Positions 49,085-62,195 of a stretch of 64,000 bases of DNA are shown piece by piece. The notes beneath the pieces are model-generated. The model was not told the DNA's origin. It made no database searches and worked only from the letters and a program-made list of their open reading frames with translations. The position numbers and the translations under genes are program-made. Source of the DNA: Octopus vulgaris (taxonomy: Eukaryota); the NCBI GenBank assembly GCA_951406725.2, contig OX597826.1, positions 71,858,001 to 71,922,000 of the forward strand. The letters run 5' to 3'. Position 1 is the stretch's first letter. Each line of letters opens with the position of its first letter.

Positions 49085-49336
49085 TGGGCCACATGTGACA
49101 TGACTCATCCCCAGATGGGCCACATGTGACATGACTCACCCTCAGATGGGCCACATGTGACATGATTCATCCTCAGATGGGCCACATGTGACGTGACTCA
49201 CCCTCAGATGGGCCACATGTGACGTGACTCACCCTCAGATGGGCCACATGTGACATGACTCATCCTCAGATGGGCCACATGTGACTTGACTCATCTTCAG
49301 ATGGGCCACATGTGACTCATCCTCAGATGGGCCACA
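49085..49336. repeat. 31-bp minisatellite, about 8 copies, inside a hAT-like MITE (about 49058-49421)
   Basis: Unit tgggccacatgtgacatgactcatcctcaga. The flanks atgggcaacct and caggctgcagtttt resemble hAT MITE ends. Confidence 0.92.
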
Positions 49337-49999
49337 CTACTAAAAAAAAACAGAAATCCTGGTCATTTTTTTGTTGGTGTGCCATTCAGAAAATCCCACA
49401 GGCTGCAGTTTTCCTGTGACTGTTCTACATGAGGATAACAGTGACAATGATGTTATTGTATATGAAAAAAAAATCTAAATGATGGTGCATGGCTTAGTGG
49501 TTAAGGTATTCAGCTGATAAAAGGTGGTGAGCTGGTAGAAATGTTAGCACGCCGGGCGAAAATGCTTAACGGTATTTCGTCTGCCGCTACGTTCTGAGTT
49601 CAAATTCCGTCGTGGTTGAATTTGCCTTTCATCCTTTCGGGGCCAATTAAATAAGTACCAGTTACGCACTGGGCTCGATATAATCGACTTAATCCGTTTG
49701 TCTGTCCTTGTTTGTCCTCTCTGTGTTTAGCCCCTTGTGGGTAGTAAAGAAATAGGTATTCAGCTAATAATCATAAGGTTATGAGTTCGATTCCTGGTGG
49801 GGAGTTGTGTTCTTGAGCAAGATGCTTTATTTCACATTGCTCCAGTCTATTCAGCTGGCAAACTTTCAAAGAGTAACTGAATCTTGATTCCCAGAATATT
49901 AGAAACCAAAGCCAGACATGTCAGGTTAGAAATAATTGTAGTTACATTGCATCATACGTCATCATTTAACGTCCACTTCCCATGCTTTATTATGAATAT

Positions 50000-50723
50000 T
50001 CTTTCCTACTCTAGGCACAAGGCCTGAAATTTTTGGGGAGGGGCCAGTTGATTACATTGACTCCGAAAGGATGAAAGGCAAGGTCAACCTTGGTGGAATT
50101 TGAACTCAGAATATGAAGACAGACAAAATACCACTAAGTATTTTGCCTATTGCCCATAAAGGGCTAAACATAGAAGGGACAAACAAGGATAGACAAAGGG
50201 ATTAAGTCGATTAGATTGACCCCAGTGTGTAACCTGTGTGTAGCTGGTACTTAATTTATCGACCTCGGCGGAATTTGAACTCAGAATGTAAAGACAGATG
50301 AAATACCTATTTCTTTACTACCCACAAGGGGCTAAACATAGAGTGGACAAACAAGGACAGACAAAGGGATTAAGTCGATTACATCGACCCCAGTGCGTAA
50401 CTGGTACTTATTTAATCTACCCCAAAAGGATGAAAGGTAAAGTCGACCTCAGCGGAATTTGAACTCAGAATGTAATGGCAGACGAAATACCTATTTCTTT
50501 ATGACCCACAAGGGGCTAAACACAGAGGGGACAAACAAGGACAGACAAAAGGATTAAGTCGATTATATCGACCCCAATGCGTAACTGGTACTTATTTAAT
50601 CTACCCCAAAAGGATGAAAGGCAAAGTCGACTTTGGCGGAATTTGAACTTAGAATGTAACGGCAGACGAAATACCGCTAAGCATTTCGCCTGGCGTGCTA
50701 ACGTTTCTGCCAGCTCGCCGCCT
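50000..50723 (-). mobile_element. Family A SINE tandem array (about 3 bodies of about 177 bp) plus a tail-variant copy
   Basis: Junctions gaaatac|ctatttcttta repeat at about 50307 and 50490. Flanking direct repeat ctttattatgaatatt. Confidence 0.88.
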
Positions 50724-52659
50724 TTATTATGAATATTGCATTTTGTTTGTCTTCTGGAAAATTGTGTAAATCTGAAGCATGTGGTGTGTTGGCTAATGGT
50801 AGATGGCTGAGGGCTTAAAGTATTAGGCTGTTTACTTGTAGGTTGATAGTTCAAATCTGCTTCATTGTATGAGCGAATGAAAAAATCTTTTTTACATAGT
50901 CACTCAACATGTAAGAAATAGCAGCCAAATCTAACTCAGATTACAACCTCCCTACCTTAGAAAAAAAAACACTGAGGGAGAGATATGATAGTGTAGTCAG
51001 AGATAGCAATCTGTCTGAAGGTAAGAAAGAATGGCTTTGATCAGACAGTTCACTCAATCATTGCAAGTTGTGGCAAAGACACCACTTCAGTGAATAGTTA
51101 CTAGTTTACTTGCAAGTGTTACCTGATATAAACTGACATACTATTATTCAAGGGAAGGTTTCACCTTCATTGCTTCGCAGTGAAACAAGAGCTAAACATC
51201 CAGCTCATCAAAGAAAAACAAAAAAAATTCCTAATGGGAATTAGTGATACATTTATATTTGTCTATGTAACAAGGGAGATAATCGCCTTGTCTAAACAGA
51301 CTTCTTTCTGTTGGTTTGAATTTTTAGAAGTAGAGTAAAAACAGACACAGAATGAATCAAATTTTCAAGTTACAATTATTTTCTAAACTACAGAAAGGGA
51401 AAGATTATCAACTAAAAATAATAAATGTTTATGACTTATTCACAGAAACAAGGGCAGTTCTCATGAATTTTTGTAGGGCATCAAGATTGATGTTTGAAAT
51501 GTTGGAAGAAGCTATGATTTCAAGTTAGTCATATTGTATGTGTGTGTGTGTGTGTGCTTAGTCAGAAGAAAAGTAGTTCTCTTTTTGTTGGGGTCCAAAG
51601 GTTGAGGTTCAGAAATAGAGAAAGAAATCACAATTCAATTCAGAGGAAACAGCATATCAAAACTGTCTTATCCTGAGATCAGAAACACTGCTTGAATATT
51701 CACAATGGAATGGACTCTATGAAAGACCGGGTAGTAATTAGCATTTGAACAGCATAAAATTAAGTCTCCTTCCAGATTCCACTCATATGCTAGGGTCAAG
51801 TAGAGTCAATGATAAAAGACATTTCCCTGAAATGCTGTGCAGTGGGCTTGAACCTGGAACCACATGGTCATGATGCACTGTTTTGTTATTTCACAAATGT
51901 TTGAGAAATGCAGTTGACTACATGACTACATTACTTCATATGTGATAATTACTGCCAGTCGCTTGGCTACTTTATTTCACATATGTGTGTGATATATACA
52001 AGCATCAAAGCTTGGCTATATTTTGTCACACACACTACTTATAGGTGCAGGCATGGCTATGTGGTTAAAAAGTTTGCCTCCTAACCACACGGTTTCAGGT
52101 TCAGTCCTACTGCATAGCACATTGGGTGACTGTCTTCTACTACAGCTCTGGGCTTTCTAAAGCCTTGTGACAAACAAGGACTGCGTGGAAGCTTATTGTT
52201 TTAATGCGTGTATGTGAGTTTGTGTCACCTTGTCTTCACATCACATGATTGTTGTAAATGAATATCATTCATTTTCAATATTCAGCAAAAACATGCCTAG
52301 CCTTAGGGAAACCGGTATGGGCTGGTGACAGAAAAGACATCTGGCCATAGAAAATCTACTTCATTAAACTCCATTCAACTTATGCAAGCATGGAAAAGTA
52401 GACATTGAAAAAAAAAAAACTGTTTGACTTACTCCTATTACTCTGGTTCTCTTTTATCACTCTAGTGTAGATGCAAGCACTAATATATGATTTATAAAAA
52501 CATGTGACATGTTAATAAAAACCTGTAAAATTAAAACCATCCAGATTTCTGAGTACCTTTTTTCTTCTAATATATAATACCTGTACATCACCTCCAAACC
52601 TAATATATATATATATATATACACATAATATCTGTGTGAGTATGTTTATTCTTATTCAG

Positions 52660-52891
52660 TTGGCAGGAAGTGGTGGAACATGACTTCAGTGTCCGTCTCA
52701 AGAAGTTTGAGTCTGTTCCCCCTGATGAAGAAATGGTACAGAATCTGTCCAGGGTATTACCAAACTGGACTCTGGAAAATGATGAAGCTCTCGTTCAACT
52801 GATGGCAAATTCTATGAACATAAACAGCCAGTTCTTGGGCAACCTCCGTCACTATGTCGACTCCGTGGATGTATCTTCGTCCTGTGTATCG
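52660..52891 (+). CDS. HECTD3: HECTD3-like, coding exon 3
   Basis: Acceptor ttcttattcag, donor TCG|gtaagt. WQEVVEHDFSVRL...LPNWTLENDEALVQLM...LGNLRHYVDSVDVSS resembles WEQVV..PTWTYECDEDL..LGSVKQYVESIDVSS. 232 nt, phase 2 to 0. Confidence 0.93.
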
Positions 52892-54413
52892 GTAAGTTCT
52901 TCTTTATCAGTCTCTTGCTTCCCCTTTTCCCCATCTTTTGGATGATGGCTTTTACCATTTTCTTGGCATGTAAAAAGCACCATCCAATCATGGCCGTTTG
53001 CCAGCCTCGTCTGGCACCTGTGCCGGTTGCATGTAAAAGCACCCACTACACTCACGGAGTGGTTGGCGTTAGGAAGGGCATCCAGCCGTAGAAACATTGC
53101 CAGATCAGACTGGGCCTGGTGCAGCCTTCTGGCTTCCCAGACCCCAGTTGAACCGTCCAACCCATGCTAGCATGGAAAGCAGACGCTAACGATGATGATG
53201 ATGATGATGATTACCTGAAGACATAAGCAGTTCTTGTATATGTCTTCAAGCAGAAAAAAAGCAGTGATGCTCTGCACAGAGTCAAATTACTACCATTTGT
53301 TCACCAATGCTATAACACCATTATTATAAGTAGTAGTATTTTTTAAATGCTTTGTGAGTGAATATGGTGGAGAGAAACTGTGCTGAAGCCCCTCATGTAT
53401 GTGCATGCATGTATTGGCATGTCTGTGTTTCTCTTTCATCTCTTGGCACTGGTTTGTTTATGTCCCTACAACATAACAGTTTGTTGAAAAAGAGCTCATG
53501 CATTAAGTTCCAGGTACAAGGCATGATTTGATCGAGTAAGCCCTTCAAAGCAGTGGCCCCCAAAACGGCTGCAGTCCATTGACTGAAACAAATAAAAGAA
53601 TGAAAGGGAAAAAATACTCACTCATATCCTCCTCCTCCTCCTTAGATGCCTTTATTTCTTTGTTTTTGGTTTTATATTTTCATTTTAGGAGAAAAAAGAA
53701 CATTAAAAAAATATGTCGAAAGCATTTAGCAATGGCTTTTATTCACCTCCTCCTCCTCATCATCATCATCATAATCATCATCATCAGAAGCAGCAGGAAT
53801 GGCACCAACACTATCATTTATTTTCTTGTTTTTGTTTTAATATTTTTTTGTTTTCAATAAAAAATTATCAAGAAATGTCTAAAAACTATTTTTCATCAGT
53901 CATTATCATTATTATTGGGTATCATCATCCTTGTTGGTATTTATGTATGTTACTCCTTGGGTGTCCAACACCTCACCTCTCTAGACACATTAAAATTCCT
54001 ATCCTTCCATCAGACCTTTTGCAAGCTCTGATATGCCCAAGTCTTCTGCAGTAACTATGGAAAACATTAGTCTCCAAGCTAACAACAGAGACACAGTGGT
54101 GTCCAATAATAAATTTTCTCCAATCTTCTTTAATAATACAGTAATGTATCAACATTTAGGTTTCTCCCCTCAAAGTTTGCTTTCCAACCACGTGGTTCCC
54201 GGTTCAGTCCCACTGCATGGAACCTTGGGTGGGTGCTTTCTACTATGGCCTTGGGCTGACCAAAGTCTTGTGAGAGGATTTGGTCAACAGAAACTGAAAG
54301 AAGCCTGTGTGTGTGTATCATGATGATGGTTATATATGTATGTATGTATGTGTGTGTGTATGTATGTATGTATATATGTATGTATGTGTGTGTGTGTATG
54401 TATGTATGTATAT

Positions 54414-54550
54414 ACAGGGTGTGATGGGTAAATTGTCGCCATTTTATATTTTTAATTTCACGCATGTACATTATTTGTTTTTGATTTTGTTGACTACACA
54501 GTATAGTAGGGTCAGTTGGGCACCATCTGTGAGAAAAAAACAGCACCATT
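54414..54550 (+). mobile_element. Left end of the maT-like transposon family
   Basis: TA|cagggtgtgatgggtaaattgtcgcc... matches the sequence from 21778 onward. Confidence 0.85.
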
Positions 54551-57500
54551 ATTATTTCTTCACAGCAAATAAAGATGAAACTTCTCCATAAGTGTGTAAA
54601 TTAACTGAGAGATTAATTCTTAATTTGAAATTATCTCCCTTTTCTTTGAGAGTTCCTAACAATTACTGCGAAGTCTTGTTCTGTTTTTCTCTAATTAAGA
54701 AACAAATTTCAGTTTATTAAGAATTTTTTTTTTCCATATAGCATTCTGTACATCACTCCATTGTTTATTTATTCAAATCTATTCCACTCACTCGTTTGAA
54801 TTATTTCTTTTAGCTCTGGACAACCGATTCCATAGTTTATGCGTTCAGATTTTACTATTGTTGCTGAGCAAGGCATCCACCTAACTCTATTTGATCCAGT
54901 TCACCTGACTGAACACAAAGACAATTGCCACTCTCTACTGCACACCTCAGTGGTTAGTGATCAAACGGAGAATAAGATATGGAAAGCATTAGTTTGTAAG
55001 TTAACAATGGAGACCTCTATAAAGAATAGATATTGCCACTTAGAATGGAATACATTGGTCTGTGACAAATGTTGCCAACTTTTTACTATTATGACCCATT
55101 TTGGAAAATCCACAATTCTCTGTGTAATCACTTTTTGAATATTTTTGATATCAAAAAATGCTGGTGTCACATAAAAAATGCCCATGCTGGTGCCACTTAT
55201 AAAGCACTGGTGTTGGTACCTTGTAAAAAGCACCCAGTACATTCTATAAAGTGGGTGGTGTTAGGTTGGGCATCCAGCCATAGAAACTATGCCAAAGCAG
55301 ACAGCCGGAACCTGGTGTAGCTCTCTGGCTTACCAGTGCCTGTCAAACCGTCCAACCTATACCAGCATGGAAAACGGATGTTGAGTGATGATGATGGTGA
55401 TGATTTGAATAATAAAAACAGTTTACCAAAAATTTGATAAAATCGACATTGAGTCTTTTCTTGGAAATATTCCTGTTTCATGCGAGCAATTGATATTATG
55501 CTGTGACCCTTATGCCCTTGGCTTATTGTAGATCATATCCATGGACATTTTAAAATAAAAATAAATGCACCCTTTTAAAGCCTAGCCTGGCTCATGGGCC
55601 CAGTTTCTATGGCATATGTGTTCCCCACCTGGATGGGATGCCAGTCCATCACAGCGTTACTCATTTTTGTCAGCTGAGTGGACTGGAGCAACATGAAATG
55701 AAGTGCTTTGCTCAAGAACACAACGCGTCGCCCGGTTCAGGAATCGAAACCACAATCTTACGATCATGGTGCTGACATCCTAACCACTAAGCCACACACC
55801 TCCACTATGGACATTTTACCGTCACTCAAATATTTTGAAAGTAAAATAGTTTGTTTCTGTGGCTCTTTGGAATTATACTGTAGCCTCAGGTTGTGAAGCA
55901 CCAGTTCATAAGGCAACATACAAGGTCTGTCAAAAAACACACCAAAGTGCTTGTAACTGCAGTGATGTGCATAGGTGACCTTGACCTTTAAGTCTATTAA
56001 AAGCCATATTATTTAACCTTGACTTTCAGTCAAATGATAACTACATCAGTTAATCACCAATTTTATATATGCTAGTGTGAACAGATGTTTAGTGCATTTG
56101 GTGATTTGTTGTAATAATGAAGGTTTGGAATAGTAACACGTGTGTGAAATTCTGTTTCATGTTGGGAAAATCTTTTACAGACCTATTTCTTTACAACCCA
56201 CAAGGGGCTAAACACAGAGAGGACAAACGGATTAAGTCGATTACATCAACCCCAGTGCGTAACTGGTACTTAATTTATTGACCCCGAAAGGATGAAAGAC
56301 AAAGTCAACCTTGGCGGAATTTGAACTCAGAATGTAACGGCAGACGAAATACCATTAAGCATTTCGCCCGGTGTGTTAATGCTTCTACCAGCTCGCTGAC
56401 CTTTCTAATGTTATAACAGGTCTATGTGGAAGATTGTTTGAGCTGTACACAATGCCATGAGTGGTACCTGTGGGACCATACATTACGTTCACATTGGGAA
56501 GAACATCCACCAAAGATGATCCCAAATCTAGACCTTCCACAATCACAGACATATACCATCTCAATTTATGAGAGGCACAGACTGGGTGATGCATTGCGTT
56601 CTTGAACAAAATACTTCATTTAGCATTGTTCCAGTCCACTCAGCTAGGAAAAGTGAGTAACCTTGTGATAGACTGGCATCTCATCCAGGGAGCAATATAT
56701 ATATATACACCACAGAAACTGAGGGACTGACCCTAAGAGTTCATATGACTTTAGAAGGATCTTTATTATATATGGTAGTGTCCTACTGGATAACAACATA
56801 TGCCATCACTAACTATAGGTGGCACTGGTCTATTTGATGAAAACGTATATCATTGCTAATTATAAGTAGGCACCATCCAACATGATAACAACATACCCTA
56901 TCAATAACTATAAGAGGTACTAGCCTGAAGGATAACAACATTTACTGTAGCTTATTAATTATAAGAAGCCTTGGGCTATTCCAGCACTGGGTTGACCATT
57001 AAGTAAAATAAGCATGTACGTAGGGAATCAAGGAAAGGAGGGCACCCTGGAAAGAAATCACTTTAAACTTGCTAAAATAATATTCAAAATGATAACATTG
57101 ATTGGAAATATGATTTTAAAGTGTTCATTGTGTCTTAGTGGGGATCTGATGAAATATTTTGCAATTAAATCAGAGAAAAGTATATAAAAATAAATATTAT
57201 TTTCCATCTTATTGTTAGTGTTGTTTTGGTTCGGAAAATAAAAGTTTATTTCATGGTTTTGGCTTCCGTGCCGGTGGCACATAAACAGCACCATTTGAAC
57301 ATGATCATTACCAGCGTCACCTTACTGGCACGTGAAAAGACATTTGAGCGAGGTCGTTGCCAGTGCCGTTGGACTGGCTCCTGTGGAAGTGGCATGTAAA
57401 AAATACCATTTGAGCATGGCCATTGCCTGTACCGCCTGATTGATCCTTGTGTCGGTGGCACATATAAGCGCCCTCTACACTCTCACAGTGGTTGGCATTA

Positions 57501-57859
57501 GGAAGGGCATCCAGCTGTAGAAACTCTGCCAGATCAGATTGGAGCCTGATGCAGCCATCTGGTTCGCCAGTCCTCAACCAAATCATCCAACCCATGCTAG
57601 CATGGAAAGCAGACGTTAAATGATGATAATGGTTTATATTTTGAATCACATATATATGGGGTCACGAAAACCTTTTAAGTGTTTAAGACTCCTATGGGTC
57701 TTAGTTTGGTTCTGCTCTATTCAAAATATCAGCCTGCAGGAAAGCTGGCCTATTAGGTAACAACAGATAATATTACAATAGCCATGTATTGGTTTTAAAG
57801 TAGAGTTCCTTCTGTTTCTATGTTTGGCTTTGTGTGCATTTATACGGTTTCTGTTTCAG

Positions 57860-57975
57860 GATGATGGTGGGCCGCTCAATCTTACTGACGACGACCCAGA
57901 TACTTACTGGGAGAGTGAGGGCAGTCAGAACCAACACTGGATCAAGTTACACATGAAGAAAGGAACTGTGATTAA
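57860..57975 (+). CDS. HECTD3: HECTD3-like, coding exon 4 (DOC/APC10 domain)
   Basis: Acceptor tctgtttcag, donor AA|gtaagt. [32 protein letters not shown] carries the DOC-domain TYWESxG..HW signature. 116 nt, phase 0 to 2. Confidence 0.95.
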
Positions 57976-58691
57976 GTAAGTGATGTTTTTCATTTTCTTT
58001 TATATGAATTTTCAAAAAAAAATTTTGTCACAGTTTATGTCATTTGTATGTGTGTGTGTGTGTGCATGTATGTGACAGTTGTGTATCTGTCACAGTCTGT
58101 GTAGTTGCATTTATGTCGAATCACTATTCCATGCAGCCTGGAAGCTAAATCAGGGAGTGGGTCCTGTGGCAAAGCAGTATGAAATGATTGAAGCTCCCTG
58201 GTCTGAGGTTGACTATTGGGGTTCAGCACAGCTACCCTTATCAATAAGCCACTGTATTTATATAGTCTCTAAGTCAATAAGATTTGATAAGTATACATGC
58301 ACACACACACACACACACACACATTTACATAATGGAGTGGAATCACATCAGTGAGCAGGTCACAGATTTTGACACTGAATAATAAAAGTTTAAATTAAGT
58401 TTTTTTGTGTTTTTGAATATGTCTTCCATGCATTATTCTGACTGTAAATTATGGCGTGCAAACATATTTCTCTAACTCATACTAGCATAGAAAATGGTTG
58501 TAAAAATGAATATATATATATACGCACACAACGGGCTTCTTTCAGGTTCTGTTGACCAAATCCATTTACAAGGCTTTCGTCAGCTCAAAGCTATAGTAGA
58601 AGACACTTGCCCATGGTACCACGCAGTAGGACTGAACGTGGAATCGGGTGGTTGGGAAGCAAGCTTCTTACCACACAGCCACGCCTGCATC

Positions 58692-58724
<33 letters not shown>

Positions 58725-60495
58725 TGATGCATGTTTTTTATGCTCAGTTATAATAAAAACAATTTTACGCCAATCTCATAGTTTGCTCTCCACTTTTGTA
58801 GGAATCTGTGTGTGTGTGTGTGTGCAATTCTTTTAGAAGTTGGTTCATTTGAGAATATGGGTTTTCTAAATATGAAAGTTTAAAGAGATTTTAATATTGG
58901 TTTCAAATTCTGTCATAAGGCCAGCAATTTCACAGGAGGAAGCAAGTTGATTACATTGACTTCAGTACTCAGCTGGTACTCAGACTGCGAGCTGGCAGAA
59001 ACGTTAGCGCGCCAGGTGAAATGCTTAGCGGTATTTCGTCTGCCGTTACGTTCTGAGTTCAAATTCTGCCGAGGTTGACTTTGCCTTTCATCCTTTCGGG
59101 ATCAATAAATTAAGTACCAGTTACACACTGGGGTTGATGTAATCGACTTAATCCCTTTGTCTGTCCTTGTTTGTCCCCTCTATGTTAAGCCCCTTGTGGG
59201 CATTAAAGAAATAGGTACTTATTTTATTGACCCTTAAAGAATGAAAGGCAAAGTTGACCTCAATGGAATTTGAACCCAGAACATAAAGACAGACAAAATG
59301 CTGCTAAGCATTTGGCCTAGCATGCTAGCGATTCTGCCAGCTTGTTGCCTTAAAGAGATTTTAATCCTGAAATTGCAGTGAAGTGGGAGGGAGAGTATAA
59401 GTGGTAGGAAAATTGAGGTTGTCTCTGCGAAAGTTCAAGTGCATATTACAATCGAATCCATGGGAAAAGTAAGAGAGAAAATGAGAAAAGGAAATTTATA
59501 ATTAGACATTGAGAGAAAATAAAGAAGAGGCATTTGATTGTAGATGGAAATAATTGGGGCGAGGAAGCAAATCAGTGGCATTAAGTAAGAGAAGACGTAG
59601 AAATCTTTTTAACCCACGACGTTGCATTAAAACCCTTTTGATACCAAATCTCCCTGAGACTACCCTGGTTGTATGCTACAATCTTTTTGCTTTAAAATGT
59701 TCCAAATTAAAATCTTTCACCAGATTAATAATTCTTTTTACTTTAGGCACGAGGCCTGAAATTTTAGGGAGGTGCTAGTATTGAATTGGTACTTATTTTA
59801 TCAATTCCAAAAGGCTGAAAGGCAAAGTCGACCTCAGCAGAATTTGAACTCAGAATGTAAAGATAGATGAAATACCACCAGTTTATTAATGACAAAATTA
59901 TTTCAGTATATTTTACTAAATTCTTCATTAGTGTCAAAATTCAGTGAAACAAATTCATTATATTTCAGCAGAAATATGGTAGCAAAAGGGTTAAACCAAT
60001 TCTGTACCATTGCAGCAGCCATTTTATAGCCTTTCACACTCCAACCTAAAATGATGTCCCCCTCCCCACCTACTAACTAATCTTCTCACCCCGATTCTTT
60101 ATGTTAACAATCAAACTTCTCTCTTTTATTTCTTTTACATATTTTTTAATTTCAGTTTCTAATTATAAATGTCTAATTTAAAATCTACTCTTCTGAGTTT
60201 TCTTACATACTTTTTGTTTATTTATAATTATGATTTATCCTTGAACTTATGCAGAAATAAAATTTTTCTACAACTGATATCCTTCACCTCTACACTCCAC
60301 CACCACCACCACCTATTTATTCCAATTTAATATAAAATCTCCTTTTGTCTCCTACATGTAGAAAACCCATCCCAACCCAGTCTTTGTTTTAAATTCCATT
60401 AATTGAAATGATACCTCATTCATTTGATAAACTTGTGTCAAGCGAACCACATGGCAGTCTCTAACAAATCACGGTCATTTAAATTTAATATGAAA

Positions 60496-60526
<31 letters not shown>

Positions 60527-60540
60527 AATAATGATAATAA

Positions 60541-60708
60541 GCACTACTAGGCACCGTGCACATCTTATGTAAAGCACTTTCAATACAGTGAAAATAAGAG
60601 CACCACAACAACCCACATTACATACCCTAGGTAAACATAGGTATGCTCGGCAGTGCAGTGAAAACACGTGATAAAATTAAGACTATTGACTAATAATAAT
60701 AATAATAA
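60541..60708 (+). mobile_element. R4/Dong extreme 3' fragment in (TAA)n
   Basis: ALLGTVHILCKALS plus a UTR similar to 2750-2895. (AAT)n on both sides. Confidence 0.8.
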
Positions 60709-61377
60709 TGGCATTTAACTCTTAAGAATTCAGATTTCTCTGTCAAATGTAATGGTTATTTATTCACATTTCAAAATATTAATCATGTATTATCTTGTAG
60801 CTTTGCGGTTTCAAAGATGTGATTGTTTATTTTAAAAATGACATTGTAGGGTAGGTGTGAGAGACCAGATCTTGCTGGTTTGAACATAAAGCATGTAGAC
60901 TGTTTGGGCCGGATATGACTGGTTTAAATGCTTGAAGGGTTAACCACATCTCGGGTCCTTTAACTGTAAATAGCTTCCAGTTTATATATTGAGCCTTTTC
61001 AAATAATGTATGCATAAGCCAATGAACTGCTGCAACTCCAACCACCACCACCACCACGGTCACTACTATTACTATGACCAACAGTCGCTGCTGCTATTTT
61101 GGCCACTGGTCATTTCCCCAACTTTAGTCAACACACAAGACAGCTATTATGCTTACTCCCCACAAAAAACCACCACGTGGATTCTGTTGAGACTAGTAAG
61201 AAACAATTATGAACTTTTTTATTACACTTTTAAAAATATTTTTGATAAGGTTCGTTTTTTCAAGAAGAACCAAAACATGTAAAATTTCTAAGAAAATTAA
61301 AATTTATATTATATAGTGGCATTTTCAAACTTCTTTTTTATAAATATATATGTATTTTTTAAAATTTTATTTTTCAG

Positions 61378-61491
61378 AGAATTATCATTAACCCTGTCTG
61401 GTGCTGACAACATCTACCTCCCATCAAAAGTGATAGTGTGTGGAGGGGATGAATTTAATATGAAAGATTTAAATGTAGTTACTTTAGAAAG
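61378..61491 (+). CDS. HECTD3: HECTD3-like, coding exon 5 (DOC/APC10 domain)
   Basis: Acceptor tatttttcag, donor AG|gtgagt. ELSLTLSGADNIYLPSKVIVCGGDEFNMKDLNVV fits the DOC pattern D.Y.P..V.V.GG. 114 nt, phase 2 to 2. Confidence 0.93.
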
Positions 61492-61710
61492 GTGAGTTTC
61501 CCCCTGCCACCTGCCACATTCGGCTTCTTGCTCTTTCTTCTATTCATTTCATTAATGGATTTATATTATTTACTGATGTTTTGCTTGTAACCCTTTGATT
61601 ACTTGTAGTACGTGTGTGTGTGTGTGTGTGTGTGTTCTTATATATGTGTGTGTGTGTCTGTATAGATGTATATTTCACTTACGATTAAATAAGTTGGTCT
61701 TCATATTTGA

Positions 61711-61791
61711 AGCTCTGATGAAACTGTGAAGTGTTACTCAGGCACTTAATTATGAGAACACCACATCTTATAGTGGAAACAGCTGTAAGCT
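61711..61791 (+). ncRNA. Minimal type I hammerhead ribozyme motif (Penelope-type) in intron 5
   Basis: AGCT-CTGATGA-A-[actgtgaagtg...catcttatagt, stem II]-G-GAAA-CAGCTG-TA-AGCT. Core boxes are intact, stem III is palindromic, the cleavage triplet is GUA and stem I is AGCT/AGCT. The stem II closing pair is an A.G mismatch. Confidence 0.7.
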
Positions 61792-61872
61792 AATGAACTT
61801 CAGGAGATAATCATTTATTCCTTTGTCATCTTGTTTCTTACACACACACACACACACACACTGTGCATGTGC

Positions 61873-61923
<51 letters not shown>

Positions 61924-61983
61924 TATATAATGTAAATGTTGAACTATGGGAATGAGTGTTCAACACTGTATTGGTAGATAAAA

Positions 61984-62195
61984 TTTCTTTATTTGTGTAT
62001 CAAGGCTTCCATTGGTTTCATGTTAAGAAAGATATGTTAATATGTTAACAATTTTTCAAGCCAATCACATACTGTAATGGTGTTCCAAAATGGAGACGAA
62101 TGCCATTCCTCCATGTGATTGGCTTGAAAAATTAAGATATTAAGATATTTTTCTTAATATGAAACCATGGTAGCCTTAATACACAAATAAAGAAA
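61984..62195. repeat. Foldback inverted repeat (about 85 bp arms, about 42 nt loop) in intron 5
   Basis: tttctttatttgtgtat...tttttcaagccaatcacat is mirrored by atgtgattggcttgaaaaa...atacacaaataaagaaa. Confidence 0.92.

Noticed and set aside
49085-49336. CRISPR-like regular repeat
   Set aside because: The units are contiguous with no unique spacers, there are no cas genes and the context is eukaryotic. It is a minisatellite.
53215-53248. CTGAAGA-containing hairpin (tgaagacata / tatgtcttca)
   Set aside because: A short inverted repeat that sequesters the core box. No GAAA geometry.
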